From positions 187,795 through 251,794 of the forward strand of contig JBBTTA010000001.1 in assembly GCA_038064475.1 (NCBI GenBank): a stretch of 64,000 nt of DNA, given 5' to 3'. Positions 44,787 through 55,082 of this stretch are shown piece after piece; position 1 is the stretch's first letter; each line of letters opens with the position of its first letter. The position numbers and the translations under genes were made by a program. The notes under the pieces are model-generated. The model was not told where the DNA came from. It worked only from the letters and a program-made list of their open reading frames with translations, and did no database searches. This DNA is from Patescibacteria group bacterium. Lineage in GTDB: Bacteria > Patescibacteriota > Minisyncoccia > Phycocordibacterales > EsbW-18.

Positions 44787-45860
44787 ATGAAAAAGGTCTG
44801 TTTTCTCTGCCCCTTCAATTTAAACCGCCTCACGGGCACGCCTATTCGGGCAAAAACGGTTATTCGCACGGCAATGACCTTTACTGACGTCTCTGTGGTT
44901 ACGACGCGTGAATATTCTGAAGCAACAAATGTGAGCAAGCTTGATAAGGCAACTGCCCTTCCCTATACACGTCTTGCATTTGCGCATCTTCGAAAAAACG
45001 CCCCCGATATCGTACATTGTATAACTCCACTTGGTCTTCTCGCTGCGCTTCCGTACGCCCTTTTTCGTTTTGGAAAGACAAAGGTCGTCTTTGAAGTGCA
45101 CGGCCTCACCTGGTTTGAACTTAAAGGAACAAACCTATTCCGCCGTGTAGCATTTGGACTCATCGATTTTTTTGGGCTCCTCTTTGCACACCACATCATT
45201 GCAATGAGCTACTCTCAAACTACATTCTACAAATCATTTGTATCTCCACAACGCTTGAGTGTTGTATGGGGGCCAGTCGATTTTGATGTTGCATATAGTG
45301 CACGCATTCCTCAGGAAAAATGCATCGTCGGCTATTTGGGGAATCACGCATGGTGGCAAGGACTGCCTGCCTTGATTGAAAGCGCCCGTATACTGTCTGA
45401 TCGAACCGATATCCATTTCAACATTGGTGGTTTTGATGCGAGTGACGACGCTCAGTTTCCAAAACTCCCAAACATCACCTATGCTGGCCGCGTTGAACAC
45501 AGTAACGTAGTCGCTTTTTTACGCGACTGCGATGTGCTCGCATCTGTTCGAATCAAAGACACCGTGAGTGAAACTCAGTACCCACAAAAACTCTCCGCGT
45601 ATCTAGCTTCAGGACGCCCTGTGGTCGCTTCTGATGTCAGTGACCAGCGTCGAATTATCGAAAGCGCAAATTGCGGCATCGTCATCGACGAACGCGCGAC
45701 ACCAGAACGTATTGCCACCGCACTACGCACCATCGCAAGCCTCCCTCCTGACACACGCGCCGAGTGGGGCCAACGCGCGTTCTCGTTCGCACAAAATAAC
45801 TTTTTCCCCGAAGTCTTTAAAAAGAAAATGGAAAGTGTATACACCGAACTCTATGCTTAA
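44787..45860 (+). CDS. Glycosyltransferase family 4.
   Basis: ..LSAYLASGRPVVASDVS.. is the GT4 motif. Confidence 0.6.
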   Translation: MKKVCFLCPFNLNRLTGTPIRAKTVIRTAMTFTDVSVVTTREYSEATNVSKLDKATALPYTRLAFAHLRKNAPDIVHCITPLGLLAALPYALFRFGKTKVVFEVHGLTWFELKGTNLFRRVAFGLIDFFGLLFAHHIIAMSYSQTTFYKSFVSPQRLSVVWGPVDFDVAYSARIPQEKCIVGYLGNHAWWQGLPALIESARILSDRTDIHFNIGGFDASDDAQFPKLPNITYAGRVEHSNVVAFLRDCDVLASVRIKDTVSETQYPQKLSAYLASGRPVVASDVSDQRRIIESANCGIVIDERATPERIATALRTIASLPPDTRAEWGQRAFSFAQNNFFPEVFKKKMESVYTELYA

Positions 45861-46671
45861 TGCAATATATCAAGCTTCAGTGCGCCAACCACGCATCATA
45901 AAACGCTTTGTCCGTATGCTCGCCAATTCAGGCGTACGCGTGCTCTCATTTCTCACCAGATTCAAACCAGCTGAAGCTGGCACCGTCATGAGCTATGAAA
46001 TGCTTTTTGGCACATGGGATCGTGGTGTCTCAACTCTTTTGGAGCGCGTACTAACGTCTGGCATGACGGTCATCGATGTAGGGGCACATGTTGGCTACTT
46101 TGCAATTGAAGCAAGTAAACTCGTTGGCCCACAGGGCACTATCCATGCATTTGAACCCAATGCAGAAAATTTTGACAAGCTTTCATACAATATCCGTCGG
46201 TACAAAAATATTGTTCCCCACACAGAAGCAGTATCAGACCATGTTGGTGAAATGACGTTGTATGATTCAAGTACAGGAACAGGAAGCAACAGTCTCATCG
46301 CAGAACGTGGTGCGTACAAAAGCACGCACACGGTACCTGTCACAACACTCGATACTCTTTTTGCAAACACACCAATTGATCTCATCAAAATCGATGTTGA
46401 GGGCGCGGAACATCTCGTATTCAAAGGCATGCAAGCAATCGTAGAACGTAATCAAAATCTCAAACTGGTCGTTGAGTTGTATCCAAAAGTGTACACCGAC
46501 CAAGGCCTTCCCTCTCACCTTATCCTTACAGAACTTACTGCCTTAGGTTTTGTAGTAAGCGTTCTTGATGACGACACGGGCACTATCTCAGAACCCCTAG
46601 AACCTGCTATATTTGAGTCATTCGCACGTAACCTTCCGAAGAAATACGTCAACCTGTATGCACACCGATAA
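45856..46671 (+). CDS. FkbM-family methyltransferase. The start is at the internal Met of the ORF, which overlaps the upstream stop.
   Basis: VIDVGAHVGYFAIEAS...IHAFEPNAENF is the FkbM motif. Confidence 0.6.
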   Translation, partial: LNAIYQASVRQPRIIKRFVRMLANSGVRVLSFLTRFKPAEAGTVMSYEMLFGTWDRGVSTLLERVLTSGMTVIDVGAHVGYFAIEASKLVGPQGTIHAFEPNAENFDKLSYNIRRYKNIVPHTEAVSDHVGEMTLYDSSTGTGSNSLIAERGAYKSTHTVPVTTLDTLFANTPIDLIKIDVEGAEHLVFKGMQAIVERNQNLKLVVELYPKVYTDQGLPSHLILTELTALGFVVSVLDDDTGTISEPLEPAIFESFARNLPKKYVNLYAHR

Positions 46672-47095
46672 TGACCCTTTGCACGTAAAGATTGCCGTAC
46701 GCTTTCTTGTTTCGGGAGGTACCGCTGCAGGACTTCTTTTGGGGATTCTCTTTGTGCTTCATGAAATTGCTGGCTTGTGGTATGTGCTCGCATCAACAAT
46801 TGCATTTGGTATTGCCGTCATCGCGAGTTTTTTGTTACAAAAATTTTGGACATTCCGTGATAATTCACGACACATGGTGCATCGCCAGTTTGTATTGTTC
46901 GTACTCTTGGCACTTTTCAATATGGGAGCAAACGCTCTCCTCATCTACACATTCACGGATATATTCCACGTGTGGTACATCTTTTCTCAAATAGCAGCTT
47001 CTCTCATCGTCGCTGTGTGGAGTTTCTTCATCTATCGACACTACATCTTTTCTCGTCCCACAGAGGCTCCTGTTGCTATTCATGAACACGCGTAA
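46658..47095 (+). CDS. GtrA-family membrane protein.
   Basis: RFLVSGGTAAGLLLGILFVLHE....FWTF with 4 TM segments is the GtrA pattern. Confidence 0.55.
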   Translation: MHTDNDPLHVKIAVRFLVSGGTAAGLLLGILFVLHEIAGLWYVLASTIAFGIAVIASFLLQKFWTFRDNSRHMVHRQFVLFVLLALFNMGANALLIYTFTDIFHVWYIFSQIAASLIVAVWSFFIYRHYIFSRPTEAPVAIHEHA

Positions 47096-48548
47096 GACAA
47101 AAGTATTAATTGTTGGTGCTGGTCCTGCGGGACTTGCCTGCGCCCGAGAACTCTCAAAAGCAGGTGTTCCTTTTATTCTCCTTGAAAAAGAATCGTCTGT
47201 TGGTGGTCTCGCACGCACGTATACATTCGAAGAAGATGGTTTGGTGTTCCGAACTGATAACGGTCCACACCGATTCTTCTCAAAAAATAAATACCTCTAC
47301 GAATTCATTGAGGAGTTACTACAAGAAAAATGGATTACCGTACGCCGACAAACACGACAGCTCATTGATGGAAAGTTTTACGATTACCCTATCAATCTCA
47401 TGCAGGCACTCCGGAATATTGGGTTTTTGAATGCCGTACTCATGGGTATTGATTACGCATACGCCCAAATACACTACAAACTTTTGAAGAAACCAATCGT
47501 CTCGTTCGAAGATTACGTGGTTGCCAACTTTGGTAAGCGCCTCGGCCGATTCAACATGATCAATTACACGGAAAAGATTTGGGGCATTCCGGCAACAACA
47601 ATTCACCCTGACTGGGCAGGACAGCGTATCAAAGGTCTTGATTTTGGCTCCGTTATCAAAAACGCGCTCCAGAGAATTTTCAAACGCTCTCGAAACGAAG
47701 GCCCCAAAACACTCATTGAAAGTTTCTACTACCCACAATTTGGCACCGGACTTATTTACGAAACAATAACAAACGATCTCAAAGAGCGTGGCTATGAAGT
47801 TATATGTGATGCAAAGGTTCGTTCTGTCGTCCACAACAAACACACTATAGAAAAAGTAATTGTTGAAAAGGATGGCGAAGAATTTGCTATTGAATGCGAG
47901 ACGCTTATTGAATCAATTCCTTTGCCCGCATTTACACGTTTGTTTTCGCCTTCCGTACCGCAAGAAATTGAAATGGCAGCACGTGAACTTCGTCATCGAA
48001 GCCAGGTCTACCTCTTCATCACACTCGACAAACCATCGATTACTCTCGATCAGTGGATTTACTTCCCCACAGAACGCGTACCGTTTGCACGCGTGAGTGA
48101 AATGAAAAATTTCAGCGCCGACATGTCACCTCACGACAAGACGTCTCTCTTCGTTGAGTTTTTTTGCTTTAAAGATGATGCGGTGTGGAACATGTCACAA
48201 GATGAATTGTTTGAGCTTGCAATTCCGCATTTTGAGGAGTTAGGTTTCTTTACACGCAGTGAGGTGCGCCGACACTACCACATCAAAAAAGAGGATATTT
48301 ATCCTATCTATGACTTGGAATACAAAAAGTATCTCTCCGTTGTGAAAGACTATCTTGATCGTTTTGAAAATCTCTATTACATTGGCCGCCCAGGACGATT
48401 TAAATACAACAACCAAGACCACTCTCTTGAAATGGGTATTCTTGCGGCAAAAAGTATTATCGACAATACGCGCTACGACATCGAATCAGTCGGCGAAGAA
48501 AAAGAATATTTTGAGAAAGGCGCCGTACCAACAAAGACTACTGAATAG
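47073..48548 (+). CDS. FAD/NAD(P)-binding oxidoreductase (amine-oxidase / UDP-galactopyranose-mutase-like flavoprotein).
   Basis: KVLIVGAGPAGLACARELSKAGVPFILLEKESSVGGLART is a Rossmann FAD motif. This kind of enzyme is common in polysaccharide loci. Confidence 0.5.
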   Translation: MLFMNTRKTKVLIVGAGPAGLACARELSKAGVPFILLEKESSVGGLARTYTFEEDGLVFRTDNGPHRFFSKNKYLYEFIEELLQEKWITVRRQTRQLIDGKFYDYPINLMQALRNIGFLNAVLMGIDYAYAQIHYKLLKKPIVSFEDYVVANFGKRLGRFNMINYTEKIWGIPATTIHPDWAGQRIKGLDFGSVIKNALQRIFKRSRNEGPKTLIESFYYPQFGTGLIYETITNDLKERGYEVICDAKVRSVVHNKHTIEKVIVEKDGEEFAIECETLIESIPLPAFTRLFSPSVPQEIEMAARELRHRSQVYLFITLDKPSITLDQWIYFPTERVPFARVSEMKNFSADMSPHDKTSLFVEFFCFKDDAVWNMSQDELFELAIPHFEELGFFTRSEVRRHYHIKKEDIYPIYDLEYKKYLSVVKDYLDRFENLYYIGRPGRFKYNNQDHSLEMGILAAKSIIDNTRYDIESVGEEKEYFEKGAVPTKTTE

Positions 48549-49950
48549 CCTTTCGTCCTCGCATCTTTTCTAGACAAGCGACAAGTCCTCCAAATCCAGC
48601 GAGAAATATAAATGGTTCTGCAGGAATACGATAGCGCGGAATTGATACAGGGCCGGTGAGTAGTGCAAAAATACAAACAAGCCCAATGAGTAAAAGAAGC
48701 GCGCGACGCGCTTCTTTTTTGTATAGACATAAACCAACAAACCCAAAAAGGACGAGAAATCCCCACGCAAGACGTTCAAAGGTAAACGGTAGTTCACGAA
48801 GTGCTTTTTGTATAAGAACCTGTATGCGTCCTTGCATAAGTTCATCTTGAAGAGTCTGTTGAACCCCTCCCGTATGTTCAGGCGACGTAAAAATCCCAGC
48901 AAAAATCGTCGTCATGTTTTTTAGATCACTTCCGACAAAGAAAGGAAGTGTTTTTACACTATGAAAAAAGCTATACGAAAGCATATTCCCTGAAAGATGT
49001 TCACGTGTTATTTCTTTCATGTGAGTCGTGTAGGCAAATGTTTTCAATTCCTGATCGGTTGGCATACCGAGCTCATCAAGAATTTGTTTTCGAGATTCAT
49101 CAGATGAAATATTTTTATGGTATGCATCAAAGAACGCAACATTGTAGAAAAGTGCATTATATGAACCGATTGATGAAAAAGATTTTGTTCCTGCGATTTG
49201 ATCATTACGAACAATCCACGGCGTAATACAGAGAAGTCCAACGATTCCAATAACCAGGCTACGAACAAGTACTGCTCGTATGGTATTCAACGAACAGAGA
49301 GTGTACACAAAAAGAAATGCTGGTATCGCAAAAAGTGCTATGGATCGAATATACACAAGTGCACCAAAAAGAATTCCTTGGAGAAGTGCTATGCGAAGTG
49401 GTTTATGACTCTCAACGAAAAAGAGAAGGGTGAAACATACGAGTATAAAAGTAAAAAGTACGTCACTAAACAGAGTAAGTGTATGCATAATGACTACAGG
49501 ACTTATTCCGTAGAAAAATGCTGCAGAAAAACCCGCTGTCGGAGAAAGTGTTTTTCTCCCCAGTTCATATATACCGAGACTCGTACATATAACAAGAAGA
49601 ATCTGGGCGACAATCACCATGTACATTGAACCAAATACATACAGGATATACGCAATGAATACGGGGTACCCAGGGGTACGAAATACTTCGTGTGCTCGAA
49701 TACCGTCCCGTTCTTGAACGAATGTATGCTCCTTAAGAATACTCGTCCCTAACACGGCATATTCTTTTGAATCATCATCAAGGAGAAGAAATGATTCGAC
49801 TGGATCTATGTTATTTGTTTTTAAAAAAACAAGGGTGGTTGTAGCAAGTACAAGGTATAACGCGCACAAAAAAACAATTAAAAAAGTATATACGCGTGGA
49901 GCGTCATTTGTCCAAGAAACAAAACGATCAAAGATACCTTGAAGTTTCAT
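48538..49950 (-). CDS. ArnT/PMT-like polytopic glycosyltransferase (GT39/GT83-like).
   Basis: The 470-aa protein has more than 10 TM segments and the N-terminal loop ..RDGIRAHEVFRTPGYPVFIAYI.. typical of the PMT_2 family. Confidence 0.5.
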   Translation of the reverse strand: MKLQGIFDRFVSWTNDAPRVYTFLIVFLCALYLVLATTTLVFLKTNNIDPVESFLLLDDDSKEYAVLGTSILKEHTFVQERDGIRAHEVFRTPGYPVFIAYILYVFGSMYMVIVAQILLVICTSLGIYELGRKTLSPTAGFSAAFFYGISPVVIMHTLTLFSDVLFTFILVCFTLLFFVESHKPLRIALLQGILFGALVYIRSIALFAIPAFLFVYTLCSLNTIRAVLVRSLVIGIVGLLCITPWIVRNDQIAGTKSFSSIGSYNALFYNVAFFDAYHKNISSDESRKQILDELGMPTDQELKTFAYTTHMKEITREHLSGNMLSYSFFHSVKTLPFFVGSDLKNMTTIFAGIFTSPEHTGGVQQTLQDELMQGRIQVLIQKALRELPFTFERLAWGFLVLFGFVGLCLYKKEARRALLLLIGLVCIFALLTGPVSIPRYRIPAEPFIFLAGFGGLVACLEKMRGRKAIQ

Positions 49951-49955
49951 AGAAA

Positions 49956-50672
49956 TTACGCTCGTATAAAGACGCCGTCTTCGAACAACGGCATTCCGTC
50001 TTTGCCCAGCTTTGTATTTATGCCTCCGGCATAGGTAAACCCTAGCTCCGTGAGTGTTGTATGGAGTTCTTCAAAAAGGGCCTGCCCTTCATAGAGTTCT
50101 TTAAAACAGAGTTCCATGAGCACTACCTTTGCCTGTGCAACAGTTTCTCGCCCGCCCGCGAGTATGTGTCGCTCAAATCCTTGGGCATCGAATTTTACGA
50201 GAAGGTTTGGTGTTACGGTGAATTCTTTCACAACAGTGTCTAGACGTCGCACCTGAATCGTTTCTGTTGCTGTTTCAAGAGATGTTGGATACGTATCTTT
50301 ATGTGCAGATGCAAGAGGAAGCAACGACGAGCTCGGTGAGTGTACATTTATGTGCATCGAAACAGTTTCTTCTTTTTCTCCAAGCGCATAGGGAAATGCC
50401 TTGAAATACGCGTCTGACTTCATCTCTTCAACCAATTGTTCATATGTCCCTTGTACCGGTTCAAATGAATAAATCATTGCTTCAGGCAGTACGTCACGAA
50501 TTTCACGCGCAAATTGTCCCACATTCGCCCCGATGTCGATAACCGTTTTGATGTTGTATTCTCTCGCCCACGCAAGCGGATTCTTTTTTGTTTTAAAACG
50601 CACGACATCAATGCCGAGCGCATGAATAGCTTTTTTTATTCCCTGTTTTATAGAACGCGTCATAGTATTCAT
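49956..50672 (-). CDS. FkbM-family methyltransferase.
   Basis: VIDIGANVGQFAREI....IYSFEPVQGTYEQL is the FkbM motif. Confidence 0.6.
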   Translation of the reverse strand: MNTMTRSIKQGIKKAIHALGIDVVRFKTKKNPLAWAREYNIKTVIDIGANVGQFAREIRDVLPEAMIYSFEPVQGTYEQLVEEMKSDAYFKAFPYALGEKEETVSMHINVHSPSSSLLPLASAHKDTYPTSLETATETIQVRRLDTVVKEFTVTPNLLVKFDAQGFERHILAGGRETVAQAKVVLMELCFKELYEGQALFEELHTTLTELGFTYAGGINTKLGKDGMPLFEDGVFIRA

Positions 50673-50763
50673 GAATATATGTGTGCTGGTATACGCGCTT
50701 TTGGTATAGAAAATGGCCCCTAATGAAGACAGACTACCACGTTTATATGACTTGGTCTAAGAC

Positions 50764-51765
50764 TTAAAAATACGAGAGGGTCTTTGTGACGAGAGATTTG
50801 AGCGTGTGTGTATTGAGAAGCCACTCATGCACGTGCTCTGTGTTTTTCTTACGATCCTCGGGAGAAGTTTTGTAGAACTCTTCTAGTTTCTTTTGTGGAT
50901 CTGTCACCGCAAAATCAAATGCGGTATTCGTTGTCACAATAGGAAGCTTCGCAGCCGCCGCATCAAGAAGTGCCTTATCAAGACTTCCTGTTATTCCAAG
51001 ATTAAAGAATACGTCATATGCGTACAATTTCTGTGTTAGTTCTGCATATGGCATACCACCAAGAAATTCTACATACTCAGAAACATTTTTTGAACGAGCG
51101 TGTGCAATAAGTGTTTCTGTATATGCTGTATCTCCTGATCCAATGAGCGTGAGTGTTGCGGGAATTTTTTTTGTGCGAAGATCAGAAACAGTGTCAATCA
51201 TCTTTTCAATCTGTTTTGCAGACGTGATACGCCCTGCAGTCACAAGTTTGAATGTATCTCCAATTATATAGTCGGTCTTTTGTACAAAGAGTGTTGGGTC
51301 AATCCCCTGCCCTACAATACGTTTTTTCTTTGTTTCTATACGAAATCCTTCTTTTGTTGAGGTAACAACACTCTGTGTAAAAAACGTTGCGAGACGAAGT
51401 GAGAACGTTGTTTTACCGTGTGCATACCAAAGCGAAACCTTCTTTCCCAATAACCACCACAACTTCCAACCAAGAATCACATATATCTGATTCATGTGCA
51501 CAAACACAACATCGTAGTGTTTTCTCTCTTTCCAAATGTATGTATAAAAACGCACCAAATATGTGAGTTTGGAAACCCCTTTTTCTTTTCCGAGAGATAA
51601 CACGGAAACATTATTTGGAAGTGCATGCTTCCCCTCAAATAAACAAATCACGGTCACTTTCTCACATTGCTTTGCAAATTCCTCAATCCAGCGATGAAAA
51701 AAACCAAGGTTATCATCAGCACTATCTACCTTTTGTGTGAGAATGAGAAGGCGCATATTAGACAA
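50764..51765 (-). CDS. Glycosyltransferase family 4.
   Basis: It has the GT1 fold and a C-terminal nucleotide-sugar-binding region (..VSEYVEFLGGMPYAEL..). Confidence 0.55.
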   Translation of the reverse strand: MSNMRLLILTQKVDSADDNLGFFHRWIEEFAKQCEKVTVICLFEGKHALPNNVSVLSLGKEKGVSKLTYLVRFYTYIWKERKHYDVVFVHMNQIYVILGWKLWWLLGKKVSLWYAHGKTTFSLRLATFFTQSVVTSTKEGFRIETKKKRIVGQGIDPTLFVQKTDYIIGDTFKLVTAGRITSAKQIEKMIDTVSDLRTKKIPATLTLIGSGDTAYTETLIAHARSKNVSEYVEFLGGMPYAELTQKLYAYDVFFNLGITGSLDKALLDAAAAKLPIVTTNTAFDFAVTDPQKKLEEFYKTSPEDRKKNTEHVHEWLLNTHTLKSLVTKTLSYF

Positions 51766-52837
51766 AAAGTTGATTCAAGAGCCACACAATATGCGAAATG
51801 AGGATACATACAACAAGAAAGACACGCACAGAATTCTTCATTGTTAGACGCTCAATTCCCCATACACAGAGGATTGCAAGTGCTGGCACAAAGACATAAA
51901 AGAGTCGCGACGAGATGGCACCCCATACAAGCGCTAAAAATGGTACCGAGGCTGCCAAGAAAAGAAAAAGTTTGGTGAGATAGTTTTGTTCTCGTATCGT
52001 ACGATAGGCAAATGGAATCGCAAACCATCCGATCATAAGGAGTGCGAAGAAACTTTTGGTAATCATGTAGGTGCGTCCTTCATTGTAGAAATATGGAAGT
52101 CCCCCGTTCAAATACCAATCGAGATATGTGTAGTGATACGTGGACCACACGTACAGTTGCCAGAGAGCTGTAAGTACGACCCATACACCGTTACCGTAGA
52201 TAAGATATTTTATTTTCTCCTTAACAGAAAGTGCTGTTCGTGGATAGAAAATAATAATGACATTGAAAATAATAAGGTGCACAATACTGTACTCTTTCAC
52301 TAAAAAGCCCACGCCAGCAATGACAGCATTTATGATTACCAATGACAATTTTGGTGTACGTATGAAAAGAAGTGTTGCAAGAAGCCCCGCAACGTAGAAA
52401 AAGAGTGCGCCTGTTTCGGTGTAGAAATCCAATCCATACCGGAGCATTGGATACGACAATGAAAACAGTGCCGTTGCAGAAAGTGCGGCAAATAATGAAC
52501 CATTAAAAAATGTTCTGAAAAAGAGGTACGAAACAAGAACAAGAAGCACATAGAAAAAGAGCATTTGTATGAGAAATCCCCCTTCAACATCTCCGTCCGG
52601 TGAAAGGAACGTAACAAATGCGGGTGCAAGTGGTTTTAAGATTCGTGAAGGAGACTGTTCGGCGGTAAGGTCCCCTCCAAAAAACTTTGCTGTCTCAATG
52701 TATTGAAGATAGTCGCTATTGCGATCAAGGTGATGTGTGCTTGTTTTGTAAAGGAAGAAAGAAAACCCAACTGCGATAATACAAAAAAGTGCTATACCTT
52801 CTGTCTTCGTTATTTTCCACCACGATTGTTCCTGCAT
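51758..52837 (-). CDS. Polytopic membrane protein, possibly a Wzy-like polymerase or GT-C.
   Basis: It is about 10 TM segments with no soluble domain. It sits inside the glycan cluster. Confidence 0.4.
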   Translation of the reverse strand: MQEQSWWKITKTEGIALFCIIAVGFSFFLYKTSTHHLDRNSDYLQYIETAKFFGGDLTAEQSPSRILKPLAPAFVTFLSPDGDVEGGFLIQMLFFYVLLVLVSYLFFRTFFNGSLFAALSATALFSLSYPMLRYGLDFYTETGALFFYVAGLLATLLFIRTPKLSLVIINAVIAGVGFLVKEYSIVHLIIFNVIIIFYPRTALSVKEKIKYLIYGNGVWVVLTALWQLYVWSTYHYTYLDWYLNGGLPYFYNEGRTYMITKSFFALLMIGWFAIPFAYRTIREQNYLTKLFLFLAASVPFLALVWGAISSRLFYVFVPALAILCVWGIERLTMKNSVRVFLVVCILISHIVWLLNQLFV

Positions 52838-52840
52838 ATA

Positions 52841-53536
52841 TTATGGAAAAAGGTTGAAACGAAGAATATGCCAGAGTGCAGCCACACCATCTTTCCACGT
52901 GATCTTTTTCCCATCGCTGTATGTGCGCCCATAATATGAAATACCCACTTCGTAGACCCGACACTTTTTCTGGGCAACTCGTGCGGTAATTTCCGGTTCA
53001 ATACCAAAACGTTCTGCATGAAGGTTGTTTTTAAAACTATCAAGGGCAGATCGTGTAAATACTTTGTAGCAGGTTTCCATATCAGTAAGATTGAGCCCCG
53101 TGAGAAGATTTGAGAAAAGCGTCAAAAATCTATTGCCTAAATAGTGGTACGTGTACAAAACGCGATGTGGCCTGCTTCCCACAAAGCGTGACCCATACAC
53201 AACATCGGCGTGCCCAGCGAGGATTGGCTTGAGAAGAATTGGATACTCATTCGGATCATATTCGAGATCTGCATCTTGAATAAGAACGATGTCTCCTGTG
53301 GCCTCGCGCATACCTGTTATAAGCGCCCCGCCTTTGCCTTTATTGTATTCGTGTTTGTACACACGAATATCTGGAAATGTTGCTGCAATCTCTACACTTT
53401 TATCCTTTGACGCATCATCAACAACAATGATTTCTTTTTGTAGCCCACACACATCCGCCTTTTGCACAGCGGTAATAACCGTTGCAAGCGTTTTTTCTTC
53501 GTTGTAACACGGAATGATAATAGAAACTGTTTTCAT
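52841..53536 (-). CDS. GT2 glycosyltransferase (dolichol-phosphate mannosyltransferase-like).
   Basis: MKTVSIIIPCYNEEKTLATVI....IIVVDDASKDKS...QDADLEY shows the GT2 DXD motif. Confidence 0.7.
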   Translation of the reverse strand: MKTVSIIIPCYNEEKTLATVITAVQKADVCGLQKEIIVVDDASKDKSVEIAATFPDIRVYKHEYNKGKGGALITGMREATGDIVLIQDADLEYDPNEYPILLKPILAGHADVVYGSRFVGSRPHRVLYTYHYLGNRFLTLFSNLLTGLNLTDMETCYKVFTRSALDSFKNNLHAERFGIEPEITARVAQKKCRVYEVGISYYGRTYSDGKKITWKDGVAALWHILRFNLFP

Positions 53537-53537
53537 A

Positions 53538-55082
53538 CTAGTGTAGTGTGCGTCTACGTGAGACGAAAATATGTCGAGAGTATATGTAAAAGGTTAGAAA
53601 AGCGAGGAGTCCACTCGCGATGACTTGCGAGACAATATAGTGGAACCCAAGGATGCTCGTACACACATACAATATAAGTGCATTACCCCCTACTCCGAGG
53701 ATACCCGTGAGAAGGAACAGCCACGCTTGGTAGTGAACGGTGTCTTTCTGAAAATCCTCAAATGTCCAAAGTTTCTGAAGCACAAAACTCGTTGTCTGAG
53801 AAAAAATAAAGGCAAGAGTTCCTGACAAAAGATACCACAGGTGCAGATTCTCCGTAAGGAAATAGAGAAGGCCAACCTGCACCGCAAAACCCATTCCTCC
53901 CGACACCAAAAAACGAGGAATACGGGCTGCTGATGAACGCGCACTCAACTCATGTGTTTCGACAAAATGTGCGAGAGGGCGTTGAAAGTCAAGGATGCTC
54001 TTATCGCCGTATTCTTTTTGGTACACACGTCGTATCTCTTTTGAAAAAAGGTCGAGTGTTTCAGGATGCTGTATATATGAGTCTATTTTTTCAACCCAAA
54101 CTTCTGGTGCGCTTCCCTGTTCAACGATGTGCCCCGTGACACCGTCAATAACGAGTCCCTGAAGACCGCTCACGCGCGACGAAATAATCGGCATACTCGA
54201 GAGCGCAGCTTCCATAAACACTTTTGGAAATCCTTCGTAATAGGACGTGAGAATAAGGAGATGGTGTTTGCTATATGCCTCGATAAGTTCTTCTCGGCTT
54301 AAAAGCCCAAGATCATGAAAAATACTTTCAACATTGTCCTCTTTAATTCTCTCTAGAAACTCCTGTTTGCAAGGACCATCGCCCGCAACAGAAAAGTGTA
54401 CCTGTTCTCCTAAAAGCTCTTTTGATTTCTTCACTATCTCTGAAAACAAAGGAATATTTTTTTGCTTTACAAAACGCCCGACAAACAAGATACGCAAAGG
54501 TAACGCAAACGATGGTATGTGTGCATGAGCAAACCGTCCCTGATCCGGAGGCAGTACAGGTTTGAAAAATACTTTGTCACCATATTTTTTCTGAAGCGGA
54601 GGAATAGTTTCTGGTCCATCAGTTTGAATGGCTGTGGCTTGCGGCACTATACATCGCGCAATGAGTGTATAGATGCGACGTGATAGTGATTCTGTACGCA
54701 CATGTTTGTTGAAAATATCTGTACCAAAAACACTCACCACAAAAGGTATTTGTTGCGTCACATTCACTATAAACGCGCAGAATCCAAACATGAATGGGTC
54801 CTGCGCAATGATTGATGAGTATTTCTTTCCACGCGCGAGTCCGCGAGCGCGGAACACCATACGCACGAATTGTTGGATTTTTGTGTTTCCGTAGATTGGC
54901 TCCACTGACACATTCCCTCGCTCGGCTCTTTGTATGCCACGCACAGATGTAGGCACAAGTACTGTCACCTTCTCATACAATCGCCCATACTCTTGCATAC
55001 GCAAAAATGCATCACTTGTCGCATCAAAGAGTGCTTTGTCACTTCCGAGTATAAGAACGGGTTTAAAAATTATCTGCTGCAT
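53538..55082 (-). CDS. GT4 glycosyltransferase fused to a C-terminal GtrA-like membrane domain.
   Basis: The GT4 core shows EGFPKVFMEAALSSMPIISSRVSG. The C-terminus has RFLVSGGMGFAVQVGLLYFL....KLWTF (GtrA). Confidence 0.55.
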   Translation of the reverse strand: MQQIIFKPVLILGSDKALFDATSDAFLRMQEYGRLYEKVTVLVPTSVRGIQRAERGNVSVEPIYGNTKIQQFVRMVFRARGLARGKKYSSIIAQDPFMFGFCAFIVNVTQQIPFVVSVFGTDIFNKHVRTESLSRRIYTLIARCIVPQATAIQTDGPETIPPLQKKYGDKVFFKPVLPPDQGRFAHAHIPSFALPLRILFVGRFVKQKNIPLFSEIVKKSKELLGEQVHFSVAGDGPCKQEFLERIKEDNVESIFHDLGLLSREELIEAYSKHHLLILTSYYEGFPKVFMEAALSSMPIISSRVSGLQGLVIDGVTGHIVEQGSAPEVWVEKIDSYIQHPETLDLFSKEIRRVYQKEYGDKSILDFQRPLAHFVETHELSARSSAARIPRFLVSGGMGFAVQVGLLYFLTENLHLWYLLSGTLAFIFSQTTSFVLQKLWTFEDFQKDTVHYQAWLFLLTGILGVGGNALILYVCTSILGFHYIVSQVIASGLLAFLTFYIYSRHIFVSRRRTLH